Below are positions 44,095-56,100 of a stretch of DNA of 64,000 bases, piece by piece. The notes under the pieces are model-generated. The model had not been told where the DNA came from. It saw only the letters and a list, made by a program, of their open reading frames with translations, and did not search any database. Every line of letters starts with the position of its first letter. Within the stretch, counting starts at the first letter, position 1. The DNA is taken from NCBI GenBank assembly GCA_047495785.1, contig JBLDXI010000042.1, positions 868,001 through 932,000 on the forward strand. The letters are read 5' to 3'. The position numbers were made by a program, and so were the translations under genes. This DNA is from Lepidodermella squamata. Taxonomy: Eukaryota > Animalia > Gastrotricha.

Positions 44095-46503
44095 TCAGGC
44101 AGCACTCTTCGGCCATTTCCCCATCCAAACTGGGAAATAAATAACGGCAAACGCCGTAATCGAATAGACAATTACACACGCCTCAAGCGCGACCAACTGG
44201 TCCATCCACGACGACATGATGACAATAATTAGCACGCCAGCGCACAGTATGGTGACGCATAGAATCGACACAATGCGATAGCACGCAACATCGATTTGGT
44301 ACTCGACCGATTTCGGCAGGGCCTTGACCTGGTACGCGTAGAAGGCGCTCAAAATCATGAAAATAACATTCAACCCGGTAAAGGCGCCGGCAACAGGTGA
44401 TAAAATCGACGAATAACACCGATGCGACACCAAAATGTAGTACTCATCCAGGTCGAAATCGAACATAACCCCACTCCTCTCGGTTATAATTTGAATTGGC
44501 TCGTAAAAATGGAGAAAAATCAGAACGGCAACGCAGATTATGAAGGTAACCCCGGTTAGGATGACCGTGTATTTCCCAACATCTTTCGATGCCAGGGATT
44601 TAGCTAAGGACCTCCTCCTAGGCTGCGGAGCTGGGTCACTGCTTGTCGAAGCTCTCGAACCTCCCTGGACCGTCATGCTAGTTTGGAGCGCGGCTTTTGC
44701 AGCTGCAGCTTGCTTTTTGTCCGTAGGCACCACTGTGGTATGGGCCAGGCCGTAGTAGATGTGGCCAGGCAGCGTGAAAGACCTAGCGCAAATCGCAGCG
44801 TTGATGATTGAGAACCCTAGAACTGGCATAATGGCTAGCCACGGGCAAACCATGTCGTTATCTGCGAAAGCTTCGATTACAACCCCTGAATCTAGGATCA
44901 AACAACCGATTGCGATTAGGCTAGATCCGATAAGGTCGAAGTAAGGATTCGGCCCGATTTTCATTGTTAGAAGGCTGAAACCGACCTTGGCGAGACAAAT
45001 CAGTTTCCCAAGCATCAGGAGCAACGAAACTGCTGAAATCACTGATTTGTTGCTTAGGGGCAAATCGGCGCTGTACAACGCAATATTCGATAGATCTTTA
45101 GGCGGTAGGCCGGATTTCGTAAAGAAAACCGGTGGCTTCGGGTTCTTCTTATAAGGGCCAATTGCGAAGTTTTCAATGTTCAAATCAGCTGTTGTAGCGT
45201 TCAGTTTATAGATGTTGTAGATATGCTGAAAATCTCCGTTTAAGAACTGAGAGACAGACTGATTCTCGGAATCGACCTCTAGGCGTTGAGATAGGAACAA
45301 CCGGCCCGATCTAACGCTGATAAAATCCAACTCCGAAGCAGCTTTGTACAACAACGGCTCAGCAATAGCCGTGCGATCAGCGTAGTCTCTCAGCGTCATG
45401 TTGTAGCTAGCTTGGAGGTATCGCTCAGTTCTGTTCAGGGTTAGGAGAGCTGCTGTTACAATGTCCTGACATGCGTATCGGTTGAAAAATCCGCCAAGGG
45501 TCATGTAACGAGGCCCGAGGGCTGCGATTAATCGCCTATCGACATCCTGAGCTGTGTAGCCTAAACTACCCGGCCCGTCGTAGTCGCCGAATAGCCGTGT
45601 CAATCCGATCCAGAAGGTTATTTTCAACTGCTCGTAAACCATCTGTGGCGGGGAGCATTCTCTCGGGAATGGCAGAATTCTGGGATCTATCGGGAAGTAG
45701 CAGCTAACGCTGAATAGGAACAGGTAACTCGGCGCAGACATTCCGGCGAGATAGGCCTGGCATAGAACTCGCATGCAGAAACCATAGGGAGACGAAGCGA
45801 AGGCTACAACAAATACTCTAGCGTCACTTGCCTTCATATCGTACGCGAAATCAGGCTTCGTGAAATCGACGTCTGTTATCAGAATCGGCACCTGAATTCC
45901 GTTGCTTGTGAAGCTCGATGCTAGCTGTTTCGCGAGGGTGTAGTCCACAGCGGCTGTTGAAGTTATTATGCCAACCTGCTGCCATTTCCCGATGCTTTTG
46001 ATGAAGCGTAAATACGCGAAAATCGTGTTCTCAACGGGTAGCTGCGGCCGTTGTAGTGCGATATGCCGTTCGCGAGGCACTGTTAGCGTTATCGAGGAAC
46101 AGCCCAAGGTGTAAACGATCGATTTGTATGCCTTGACAACAGGCGTGTAAAACTGGCAATTTGTGGGCGAGCCCAGCAGTACAGGCGCTAGGATGGTGTT
46201 ATTTTGCGGCACGGACTGAAAATTTTCGACAAAGCTGACGAAATTTTTCGGTATCACATCACCAGTAGCGGCTTCGTCCAACTCGACGATTTCGATCTCG
46301 TAGCTGGGCAGTAGGTTGCCGCGTTTATTTACATCCTCGATGGTCAAATTGTAAACGGCCGAGCAAATTGGGCTCAGATTTAGCGGCGCGCTTTTGCCGA
46401 TGAAGGCGATAAACAGCAACTTTGTCCTCGGTGATTGCGTAGCGTTCTGCGCGAATCCAAGGCTTACATAGCTCAGTAGCAAAAAACCGCGGAAGTTGAA
46501 CAT
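44095..46503 (-). CDS. Intronless divergent class C GPCR (GABA-B-like: Venus-flytrap domain plus 7TM), 802 aa
   Basis: Signal peptide; LTIEDVNKRGNLLPSYEIE, WQQVGII, DARVFVV, VLCQAYLAGM, PPKD; seven hydrophobic segments; no Cys-rich linker. Confidence 0.85.
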   Translation of the reverse strand: MFNFRGFLLLSYVSLGFAQNATQSPRTKLLFIAFIGKSAPLNLSPICSAVYNLTIEDVNKRGNLLPSYEIEIVELDEAATGDVIPKNFVSFVENFQSVPQNNTILAPVLLGSPTNCQFYTPVVKAYKSIVYTLGCSSITLTVPRERHIALQRPQLPVENTIFAYLRFIKSIGKWQQVGIITSTAAVDYTLAKQLASSFTSNGIQVPILITDVDFTKPDFAYDMKASDARVFVVAFASSPYGFCMRVLCQAYLAGMSAPSYLFLFSVSCYFPIDPRILPFPRECSPPQMVYEQLKITFWIGLTRLFGDYDGPGSLGYTAQDVDRRLIAALGPRYMTLGGFFNRYACQDIVTAALLTLNRTERYLQASYNMTLRDYADRTAIAEPLLYKAASELDFISVRSGRLFLSQRLEVDSENQSVSQFLNGDFQHIYNIYKLNATTADLNIENFAIGPYKKNPKPPVFFTKSGLPPKDLSNIALYSADLPLSNKSVISAVSLLLMLGKLICLAKVGFSLLTMKIGPNPYFDLIGSSLIAIGCLILDSGVVIEAFADNDMVCPWLAIMPVLGFSIINAAICARSFTLPGHIYYGLAHTTVVPTDKKQAAAAKAALQTSMTVQGGSRASTSSDPAPQPRRRSLAKSLASKDVGKYTVILTGVTFIICVAVLIFLHFYEPIQIITERSGVMFDFDLDEYYILVSHRCYSSILSPVAGAFTGLNVIFMILSAFYAYQVKALPKSVEYQIDVACYRIVSILCVTILCAGVLIIVIMSSWMDQLVALEACVIVYSITAFAVIYFPVWMGKWPKSAA

Positions 46504-47125
46504 ATTTGAAATTATTCCTAGTAAAAAAGAAGGTAAATTGGTTTTTTTAAGAATCAGTCCGTTTCTAACTGAACTTTCAGGTAATCCATCTACTAGTCCC
46601 GTTGAGAAATGTTAAACTTGCCGTAAAATATGTCTTTGTTTGTTAGGTGATATTTCACACTTTTGTACTTTACGGCGGAGTCGATTTACGGCGGATGTTT
46701 TTGCTGAACTGCAGACCACATAAAAAAAGAAGGCACGATAAGAGACTGGACACTCGGGCCATCTCCATACTGCCATCTCCTTAGGCGCATTTTCAAGGAA
46801 ATTTTCAAAAAAATACGGATTCCGACCCCAAGTTAGGCAGGCCAATGTGGGAAATACCAAAATGACCACAGGAGACCCTTTGGGCATAAAATTCAGGCCC
46901 GAAATTGCACCCTAGTTCGCGGATCCTACATCACGCAATGCATTCTGATTTCTGATTCCAAGGCAGGCACTCAAAGTTTTAACAACCGTGAGGTTTTGGA
47001 GGAATGTTACGCTACATAATTAAATAATGGTTCATTATGGTCTCTTATTATTTATCTATGTTGTATGCCAATAAAGGATTTAAGCCTTTAGGGTATGAGC
47101 ATTGTATTTAACCTAAATAATGGCC

Positions 47126-47379
47126 AAACCGTGAGGGTCACAATCTATCATCATATATCAATCGATTGCTATAATCAAGGGCTATCGATTGGTGCCCGAT
47201 CGAATTCCGCGAGGAACTTCTAGAAATATGATTTTTGCCTTCAAAGTTAAAAATTGTGCGTTTTTGGGCCAAAACTTGACCCTGAATGTGCCGCGCGGAC
47301 TTCGATTTGGCACCAATCGATAGTCCTTGATTATAGTAATCGATTGATAAATGATGATAGATTGTGACCCTCACGGTTT
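47126..47379. mobile_element. MITE with TIRs of about 85 bp
   Basis: AAACCGTGAGGGTCACAATCTATCATCAT... and ...ATGATGATAGATTGTGACCCTCACGGTTT. Confidence 0.85.
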
Positions 47380-48965
47380 AGCTGCGATGACAGTTTGAAA
47401 TATCGCTTATCCCGGATAGGTTTAAGCCTGTGCCGTATAAGCTTAGATCCTCTAAAGGCGTACAACATCTATAAAATGTATATAGTAGTCTACACGAGTA
47501 TTCCTCTGCATTGCGATGAACTAGGCTAAAAGGACTATTTTACTCCAATTTTTTCCTTGAGCTAATCTTGAACAGGAAATTAAGCAGGATCATCGCTATG
47601 GCGGATACCGGCTGATAATAGCATCTCGTCTGAGTTGCAGGAAATTACTAATCCTGCCGCTGCGCAGCTTTCCGTGTGCACGGGCAACGGAGGTGGCGCA
47701 TTGACACTTACGAGCGATTGTCACAGATAGCTACAACGGCAAAGGTCGAAGGAGACAATGTATGAGAACTCAGAATTCCATATAAGGGGTCACCTTCTCC
47801 CACCAAGATTAATAGTAGCTGTAAAAACTAGCTTTCCACAGTGAATTTATTCGAGCGGAATTTGCAAAGAGTGCAGCACGCGACCACTTTTACTGCCAAA
47901 ATTTAAGTGTGATTATCTGCACATTATAAGTGTAATTAATTTCCAAAGTAAGAAAGCCCACAGGTACTTCTTTCTAACATTTTGGATTTCTGCTCATAAA
48001 TACCAGCAGCGGCCCTCTATCTAATGATAACAGGCTTCTGTTCCCAAATGAATAATTTGCTAAAATACGCAGAAAAGTGACATAATTGCTTTATTTCGGC
48101 AAAATTGTCAATCTTCAGCCACGGTTGGTTCTTTCGGGATTTTTTTAATTTAAAAAATAGTTAAAATAGTAATAAAATTCATTTTTATTTTCCTAGTTTT
48201 TAGGCTCGAAGAAATGTCGCACGGCCGAATCGGAAAAATCAAGATAAATTTTTTTACCGACAAATTGTATATTGTATATCGCCGGATAGAGAAAGTCCTC
48301 AATTAAACAATTAAACAATGAATAAAAGTTTTGAAACAAGTTCTCAATGAGCTAACTATTTCAACATTTTCAAAAAATTTCCGGGAGAGCCAACCACGGC
48401 AGAAGGATGACAATTATGCCAAAATTCAACAGTTACTCCTCGGCGAATTTCGTGTATGATATGAGTAAAAAAGATCTGACCAATTACAAGAGCCCTGCGG
48501 TTTATATCGAGATTCTATATACAGAGATTGCAAGGTAACATTTTGATGAATGCACTAAGCCTAAAGCTCATTTTGCCCGTAGATGTTTATCCGAAACGCA
48601 GACACGATTTCCTATGCTTTGCTGTTAGCTGAGATGTTTCCTTCCTATTATCGAGTAATAAACCAAGTTATTTTCAACAGTTTATTAAATAAAAAAAAAT
48701 TTGAATCAGGATATTTCGCAGGATGCCCCTTTTATCTCATTAACTAAACTCAGACGATGTAAACTCGGAAATTAAAACCCAAAAAATGTACCTCGTAAAC
48801 ATAATTTTATTAAATAGACAATATATTTAGTCCTGAATCCGAGAAACCAGGACATTTTGAAGACAATTCAACGGGTGAAAAGCATTAAGGGCGAAGCAGG
48901 GAGAAAATAGGGGTTGGGTGTGGGAGAGGGGGAGTGGCAAACGAGTTCGTTGTTCATTTTCATCA

Positions 48966-49994
48966 TTATTTAGCCATTTTGCGCAGCAGGAGAAACAAAT
49001 TCCCACCAGCACTTGCATAAGCTTTCGGATCTTGCTTAACCAGCTCGACACAACGGGACGTCAATTCGCTGAGAATCTTAGCCTTATCCAAATCCGGGCG
49101 TAGAGATGCGATAAATGTCGGCTCAAGAATCGCCAAAAGTTGATGAATAAATTGTCTCGCAAATCGGTCAGCGTCCTTGTGAACACAATACTCCTCGTAC
49201 ATCCTGGTAGGAGATCCCGCTACTTCCTGGATAGCAACAACCTGCAAGCTGGTTTCAGCCAAAACCTGCTGCTCGGTCAGTTCGGCAATAGTCCTGACGT
49301 ACATGGGGAAATTCACGTTCAGCAAGTCGTCGTCAGTCAGTTCGGCGCCTTTCATCGAATAAAGAGCCTTCTCGAAGACCTGGGCGATTCGCTCAGGCTG
49401 GTGGATGCAGTGAACAAACAAAATTCCGCCATCGACGAGTTCGCGCGATCTCGACGTGAGAAAGTTACGCCAATCTTCACGCGCAGTTGTAGAGAACGCT
49501 TCCTTCTCCTCCAGGCTACTAAATTCGTCGAAGAAGCATTGATTTTTCAGTTTTATCGGAATTTTCGACAGCCAGTGCACCGCATGCGTTGAAATTCCGA
49601 TGTGAAGCGTGTTGCTAGGTAGAATTTGCTTGGTGAAGCTATTTCCGCTGGCCAACGCGAAGACGTTATCATGCTGTTTCAAGTACGACGCAGCGTTGTT
49701 AATCAGATACTCAAAAGCTGTCGTCCAAGCATTCGATGGCAGGTCGTTGTGGACAACCGTGATAGGAATCTGCCCGAATCTCTGCCGTAGTTCGCGTATG
49801 ATCAGCGAAACGTATCGCCCGCTTTGCGCAGCCGTGCTGCAGCCGAAATCTGCGAGCAGCGCGGATTCAAGGCTAGTCTTATCGAGTTCTTGCGCAGCTT
49901 TTCGGATGATGGCTTCAGCTTGGCTGTACAACGACCGCTGAACATCGGAGCTTGCGTTGTAGTCAGCCCGCATAGCAGCTCGGCTCGCTTCCAT
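48966..49994 (-). CDS. Intronless SABATH-family (Methyltransf_7) SAM-dependent small-molecule methyltransferase, 342 aa
   Basis: ADFGCS, HNDLPSNAW, GNSF..QILP, STHAVHWLS, DWRNFLTSRSREL..GG, FPMYVRT. Confidence 0.92.
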   Translation of the reverse strand: MEASRAAMRADYNASSDVQRSLYSQAEAIIRKAAQELDKTSLESALLADFGCSTAAQSGRYVSLIIRELRQRFGQIPITVVHNDLPSNAWTTAFEYLINNAASYLKQHDNVFALASGNSFTKQILPSNTLHIGISTHAVHWLSKIPIKLKNQCFFDEFSSLEEKEAFSTTAREDWRNFLTSRSRELVDGGILFVHCIHQPERIAQVFEKALYSMKGAELTDDDLLNVNFPMYVRTIAELTEQQVLAETSLQVVAIQEVAGSPTRMYEEYCVHKDADRFARQFIHQLLAILEPTFIASLRPDLDKAKILSELTSRCVELVKQDPKAYASAGGNLFLLLRKMAK

Positions 49995-50899
49995 GGATGG
50001 GATTTCACAATTTCAGAAAATTATTCTTGGCCTTTAACGCTCAGCCCTCATGGTTACTGGTCACGCGTAGCGAGTGGAGTGGAGGTGCGAACTTCACACC
50101 TGAAGCGCCCGCCAAGACTCAGGTGGCTGTGATAAATAGCCCCAATTAACACGGAGACCTAACCATCTGACGCTGATTATACTTATTTACATCCATAAAT
50201 TACCTCAACTAAATTGAAAAAAACTTGAAATCGAGCTGGCGGGTGCGTAAACTCAGGAGGTAGCATTTGGGCTCGGAGATCCTTGAAAGCTTCACTTGGA
50301 TGACAATGACGCAACTTGTAAACGTTCGAAAACGATTGGAAAATCAATCCGTTTACTTCGATGTACGAAATGTGAAATAACGCAATCAATCAGTGCGGCG
50401 TAGATCAGTGAAACAGGCCTCAATCAAATCAAATCAAAGTTTATGGCGGTGAAGTGTTGTAGTTTTAAGCTGGGTATCTCAGTGTGCGGAAATTAGATCT
50501 CTTGAATTTCCATAGTTCAAGTGAATTTCAGAAAAATTCCTTACCGCAATCGTAGCTGAAGGTTATGCGAAATTGGAAGCTTACAGTTACTTTTGCAAGC
50601 GTTGATTGGTTGTTTCTCAAAAGCATCCGGCGCCTCAAGAGCCGCGGCATCGTTTCTTCATGAAGAGGTGTGATAACATTTCACGTGTGAAAAAGTGTAT
50701 TTTGTCGCGGTAGCACCTTAAGTTATTATCTTACTTCATGACGAAAATTACATTAGACAATACATTTTATCCCCCTCATCATTGCTACCGAGTGAAAGTC
50801 TGCTAATGGCTTGTTAAAATGAATAGAAAATTATGGAAAAATTAGGAGACATTTTATTCAGCGAGGAAAATATCTCCATAAGTAAATATCGAGTTTAAG

Positions 50900-52850
50900 A
50901 TGAAAATAGCAATGTTTTATATCTTTAATTACCAATTTTGTATTGACCGTTGACAAGTGAAGACTGGGGCTTGACTAGCCCTGCTAAAAAAAATCCGATA
51001 AAGCCTTTTAACAGGATGATGTCTTCCAACCTCAAATCCTGTAAAATGAGAACTTTCAATAAAAATCGCGGACAGAATTTTCGTCACCAATTTTTTCTCT
51101 CGCACCCAATTCAAATGAAAATTTGAGGGAAGTTTACCGCAGACTAGATCTATCGACTGGTGAAAGCACTTTAAAACATTCCTCATGGTTGAAATGTTAT
51201 TGAAAAAATGCGATGCAAACAAAATATTACGCATACTTTAGCTAACTTCGGAAAAATGAAATTTATTCAGTATTTTATTAACCCTTTCAATTATTTTAGC
51301 AGAACATTTTATGAAACTAACCAAAAGCAACAATTGCAACCCAGCCTTCTCGGGTTACATCATTGATCAGTCCTGGCAAGAGTCTCTTATTCCAGAATCT
51401 TCTTGAATAAAAAATTGCATACCACAATCCAATCCATGGTTCCAAAAATTTCAAGTTCAAGTTTAGTCCAAGATTAAGTCAAAAGGGACAGGTTCAAAAG
51501 GTTTAAAACGCAATTTTTAATGGATGTTCCAATAGAAAACTGGTCCAAGGTTCATATGAAATCTCTCCGTTTGACTCGTGGCATCTCATTCGAGGAGGAA
51601 CAAACCGCCAAAATCAACAGCAGTCAGATTTTCGATATTCGCAAATTTCAACCATCATGAGGGTCGCATCTAAGTTGTCATCTACATCCTGGGCTGAGTG
51701 GCCTAGACTACCCGTCGTAGTCGCCGAACAACCGAGTCATGCCGTCAATGAACTCAAGGTCCGCTTTAATCAGCAAGGAGCGTTTGAACAACGCTTTAGC
51801 AGTTCATTAGCTTCAGTCGGATCGGAGCATTTTCAATTTTTGTGAGTGCCCATGGGTGTAGATTGTAGATTCAGGAAAAATTGGGCGCAAAATTCTCTAC
51901 GGTTGTGCCCTCGTCTGGGTCTGCGGATTCCTCTCATGGCCATAGTCTGGCAGTAAATCATTAGCGAAACTTCGAGAAAATTTGGCATCTCTACGATTAT
52001 TTCTAAATGAAAAAAAACGAATGGGCAGAGGTTCTAGTGCGTTTTTAGATGAAATTTCACACATTAGCGGATGTTTTTGGAATTTGCAGACTACAAAAAA
52101 CAAGACAAATTTCCTTTTTTGTTTTGACACGTTCAAGTGCTTCAAACTTCATGACAAGTAATTTAAGCATGTTCTTCCTGCAGTTTAATACGCGACACGG
52201 GTTCAGGAAAATAACTCAAAATGTCACATTTGTGACCAAACCTCGGTACCTCGGTAAAAAGAATATACTGATATTTCGGCCCCGGACAATAAATTGCTAC
52301 ATAGAATCTGACAATTTCAATCTTCTTCCACATTATAAGGCTATTTATAGCTGGTCAAATATGGTTAATTCTAATTCTATGGTACTTGGTTCGGCCAAGA
52401 GTAGGGGATGGAGCTGAAAATTATTCTGTAGCTGTTATGCAACTCGAGCGAAAAAACTTAAACGTCGATCCTGAGCATCTCCCGAAATTATTACGCAATG
52501 CTTCTACTCGATTCAAGTCATCCAAGCTTCTATTTTGTTGGCCCCGATTACCATTTAAGTCATTCAAGCTTAAGATTTCGGGTGACCCTTCAACTGAAAA
52601 CTTGATTCTATTATGATGGAATAACAACTCCGGAGAAGGGTGATTCATTAGGCCTACGGCAGAGGAAGAACCCATCCTGTCGCATAGAAATGTAATCCGG
52701 TAAGTGCTAGTTTTATACGTCAACATTATGAAGCGAAAATCACCTGACACGTGACCGCATTCTGGGAGGAGCCAAACGCCCTGACGAAAAAAGCCAGGCC
52801 AGTATGCGCCACAAATTTCCATTCGATCGATCCACATGTGACATTGAGTT
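50900..52850 (-). pseudogene. Decayed paralog of the class C GPCR
   Basis: Broken minus-strand peptides match the 802-aa GPCR in the same order: LMIYCQTMAMRGIRRP ~ MRVLCQAYLAGMSAP; CSDPTEANELLK ~ CSPPQMVYEQLK; GSLGHSAQDVD ~ GSLGYTAQDVD. Many stops and frameshifts; limits approximate. Confidence 0.55.
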
Positions 52851-53056
52851 ACCCTTGAAGTTGGTTGCGATTTTCAACACCACCACAAAATTAGTGTAGT
52901 ATAAGTTAGTTGCTTTCAAAATATGCTTGTTATTACTTGGAATCCTGTTTATTACTTCGTGAATTTAATTTTCCCTGATGATGCGCTAGTTTTTCTGGCA
53001 CACGCTTCGAATATCAAAAGTCAGAACGAAAGAAGAAGCTTTTAACCTGATTTTAA

Positions 53057-54971
53057 TTAAATCAAATTCGTCCATCGATCACGAAGCGTGTCATACATAG
53101 GATCGACCGGGAAGTCATCAAAAGCACATTCATCTCGTTTTTCATACAGCGACATGAACCGCCGACCCGGTACGAGGCTCATGCGAGCTGGCGAGATGCC
53201 AAAACCACTGAAGCTGAACACCAGCCGATGCATTTTCGTTAGAAACAACCAATCAACGTAGGTTTTCGCCGCCTTATGCCAGTTTCCATCAGGATTTTCA
53301 CCTGAAATCATTAAAATCTTGTCGATATGACTCGGCTCCATATCCACCCTGAGTAGCTTCACAACTTTCAAATTGCTTTTCGAGAATAAGGCGGTGAAAT
53401 TCGATTGAAATGCAGACCAAGCATTGTTATCGTCCGTGGTAACGAAGACAGTGTAATTTGTTGTTTGATTGACAGCATCCGAGTCGATTAGCCGCTTAGT
53501 TTCGTCGACAAAGCACTTGACGTAGTTGGGCTTGAACACATTGAAGCCGTCAACAGCTACGAATTAGAGAAAAACATGAGAAAACACAGTAAAGAGCCCA
53601 AAACTCGAGGTTTCAAAGGTATTTGGGTCAGATTCCAACATTATGACCTAGAGATTACCAAGGTAAATAGCTTGGTGCTGAGGTAAACATCGGTTGCTAT
53701 GGAAGCTGTGTGTTGCTACGCAAAAGTCTATATTGAAGCCGTGAAAAGCTCCAGAGTTACCGAGCAAAAAAAGAAAGCTAGGATCTGGGATCCAACGACT
53801 ACAAATACCAGCTATTTGGAAACTTTGTCTAATAGGTCAACCTTTCCTAAATGATCCTGTTTGACAGGTCAAAGCTGTTAGAGATTGGTTTCCAAGGTAC
53901 CGTTGCTAAGGTAAACAACTTACTATAAACACGAATTTGAACACCAATTTTGCGCGAATCAGCCCAGAATTCATGCCCAACTGATCCTAATATAACATTG
54001 TCGAACAGCCGTTGAAGCTTTTGTTTAGGCCGCGAAAACAAGACCCGCAACGCCGCAGCTATTGTCGCACGATGGTCAATATTGCCATATTTGAAAATAC
54101 TCGGCATAACCATCATCAACCGATCCATGAAATATTTGTTATGAAACAACGCATCCAGGCCGATGTAACGATTCAGCATGACATTCAAGTTGGGCACATC
54201 GTGGAGAGCTGGATAGAAGTCTGGCTCTTCGATTGTTTCGATTAAAGGTTCAGACGGGACTTCATCGCTGTGTAGCAGCCATTCTGAGGATTGTTCCGCT
54301 TGACTGACTTTCGTCGCGAAATCAAACCCTGGGTAGAGATTCTCATTCACGTTGAAGAATTTCGAAATATCACCAGGTCCAGGCCAATCGAAGCGGAAAA
54401 TTCGGTTGGTGGCTACGGCCAGGTAAAACCCGAAAACAGTACCACGAAGCCAGTCGCCCAAGCCGTAACAGCTGACCGATTTGATTTTGCAATCTTTTGG
54501 AGGGTTTTTCCGGTAGACAAAGAACAACTCGTCGTAACAGGTAAGATTTTTCGGAAAGTTGCAGGTCGATGTGACGAAACGAGGTCGAAATCGGGTTAGC
54601 TTGGCATAGGAAGCGAATTTTCGAAAGTAATTTTCTTGGAGTTCAGAGACGATTTCCTCGACGCGCCGATTCAATTCTGGATCTATGGCGTGTTCTTCGT
54701 AATTTTCGAACTGGGGCCTTTCATCGAAGCTCGTTATATCCTCTTCGTCAGAAATATTAAAACTCTGAAAAATGATCTGAAAATTTCTCGTAAAATGAAA
54801 AATAATCTGAAATACTACCATGGATTGAGAAGCATTTCCTGCTTGCGAATTGAAATACTTGAGGTCTTCGGGAGCTTTCCATTTCCACAGTGTTAAAATA
54901 AGAAAGACACATACGAGGGATAGGGCTAACTTGGCGGCATTAACCCAGCATTTAGGTCTAAACCTAGTCAT
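53057..54971 (-). CDS. Type II membrane fucosyltransferase of the alpha-1,2/alpha-1,6/O-FucT superfamily (GT11/GT23/GT37-like)
   Basis: Exons 54971-54819, 54764-53924, 53874-53842, 53556-53057. Motifs GLGDWLRG, IGVQIR (I), VFVTTDD (II), DWLFL...SGFG (III). N-terminal TM. Confidence 0.82.
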
Positions 54972-55701
54972 AATTTCATGCGTAAATTTATATCCATCAA
55001 AAACATTATTTTAATCATTGAATGAGCACGCGTTTTAATCAATTTTTTCCACGCTCAAGTTGTTGTGAAAGCAGTTTGTTACACATTTTTCCATTGAATA
55101 ATTTAGCTGGGATAATTCAGTGATTTTTGTTTACGCTGATCGATCGATATTATTGATTGGTTAGCTGTTCATCTGATCACATCTTAATCTGGTCATATCT
55201 TAATCTGCTGTTGAAGATGCTGGGATGAGCACATGGTGCGATCGTCAATCCTGAACATTCCAAGGATCCCAAATTGCTAAATTTTTAAATTTTATCTGAT
55301 TCTTGTGGGTTTCTGGGTTTTCTTGCAACGACTTCTCGAGTTGGAGCTGCGTTACCCCCGATACCTAGGCGCTTGGTAAATAAGCACCCAACGCTGCTCG
55401 AATTGACCTGGGTTAGATTCATTCGAAGATGGGCTAAGATGATGAATTGTTTTCAGAGCCATTTCAGCGATTAGCGATCGGATAGGCAGCAGCCTAGGTA
55501 CGTGTAACTTTTTCAATGTTTTCAGGGCCTTGAAATGTTGTTGAAATTTCCGACACCTAATACTTGAAGTACCAAACGCCGAAACTAAAAATAATAATCC
55601 ACCATCGAGGCGTATTTCCCACCACCTTGAAACATTTTTTGAGAATAATATAGATCGACATAATGGGATATCATTTTATGTGTTATTCTTTTCGCAGTTG
55701 T

Positions 55702-56057
55702 TTACGAGCTCTTTTTGTTCTTGCTTTGCTGTGGCTTCAATGCGAACAGGTGGGTACCGCTTGGGACAGGAATCTGCGTGGCGGTGCAGGCATTATAAAG
55801 GCGGCACGAGTTTGCCGGCCCAACTTCGAAGGCGGAACAGTTGCCAGTACAGCTTTTGAGACATGTATAAAATCGAGGCCTATTGACAACTTTTGGAGTT
55901 TCCTCGCATGTTTTCAACTTTCGCGCGAAATCACTCAAATTTCCTGCGTGGTAACGTCAGAAATAATGAAGAGCAGGCAAGAAATTCAAGACTTACTAGC
56001 ATGTACAGCAACGAAGCAGGCTAGAACTAAGATCAGAGCAAGACCTAAGGCTTTCAT
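55702..56057 (-). CDS. Small secreted PAN/apple-like domain protein, 100 aa
   Basis: Exons 56057-55997 (MKALGLALILVLACFVAVHA) and 55943-55702 (TC...CLKSCTGNCSAF...CRLYNAC, 6 Cys). Confidence 0.8.
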
Positions 56058-56100
56058 AGTAAGTAAGATACTCGAAGTGGAAGTTAAAATTAAGAATTAT

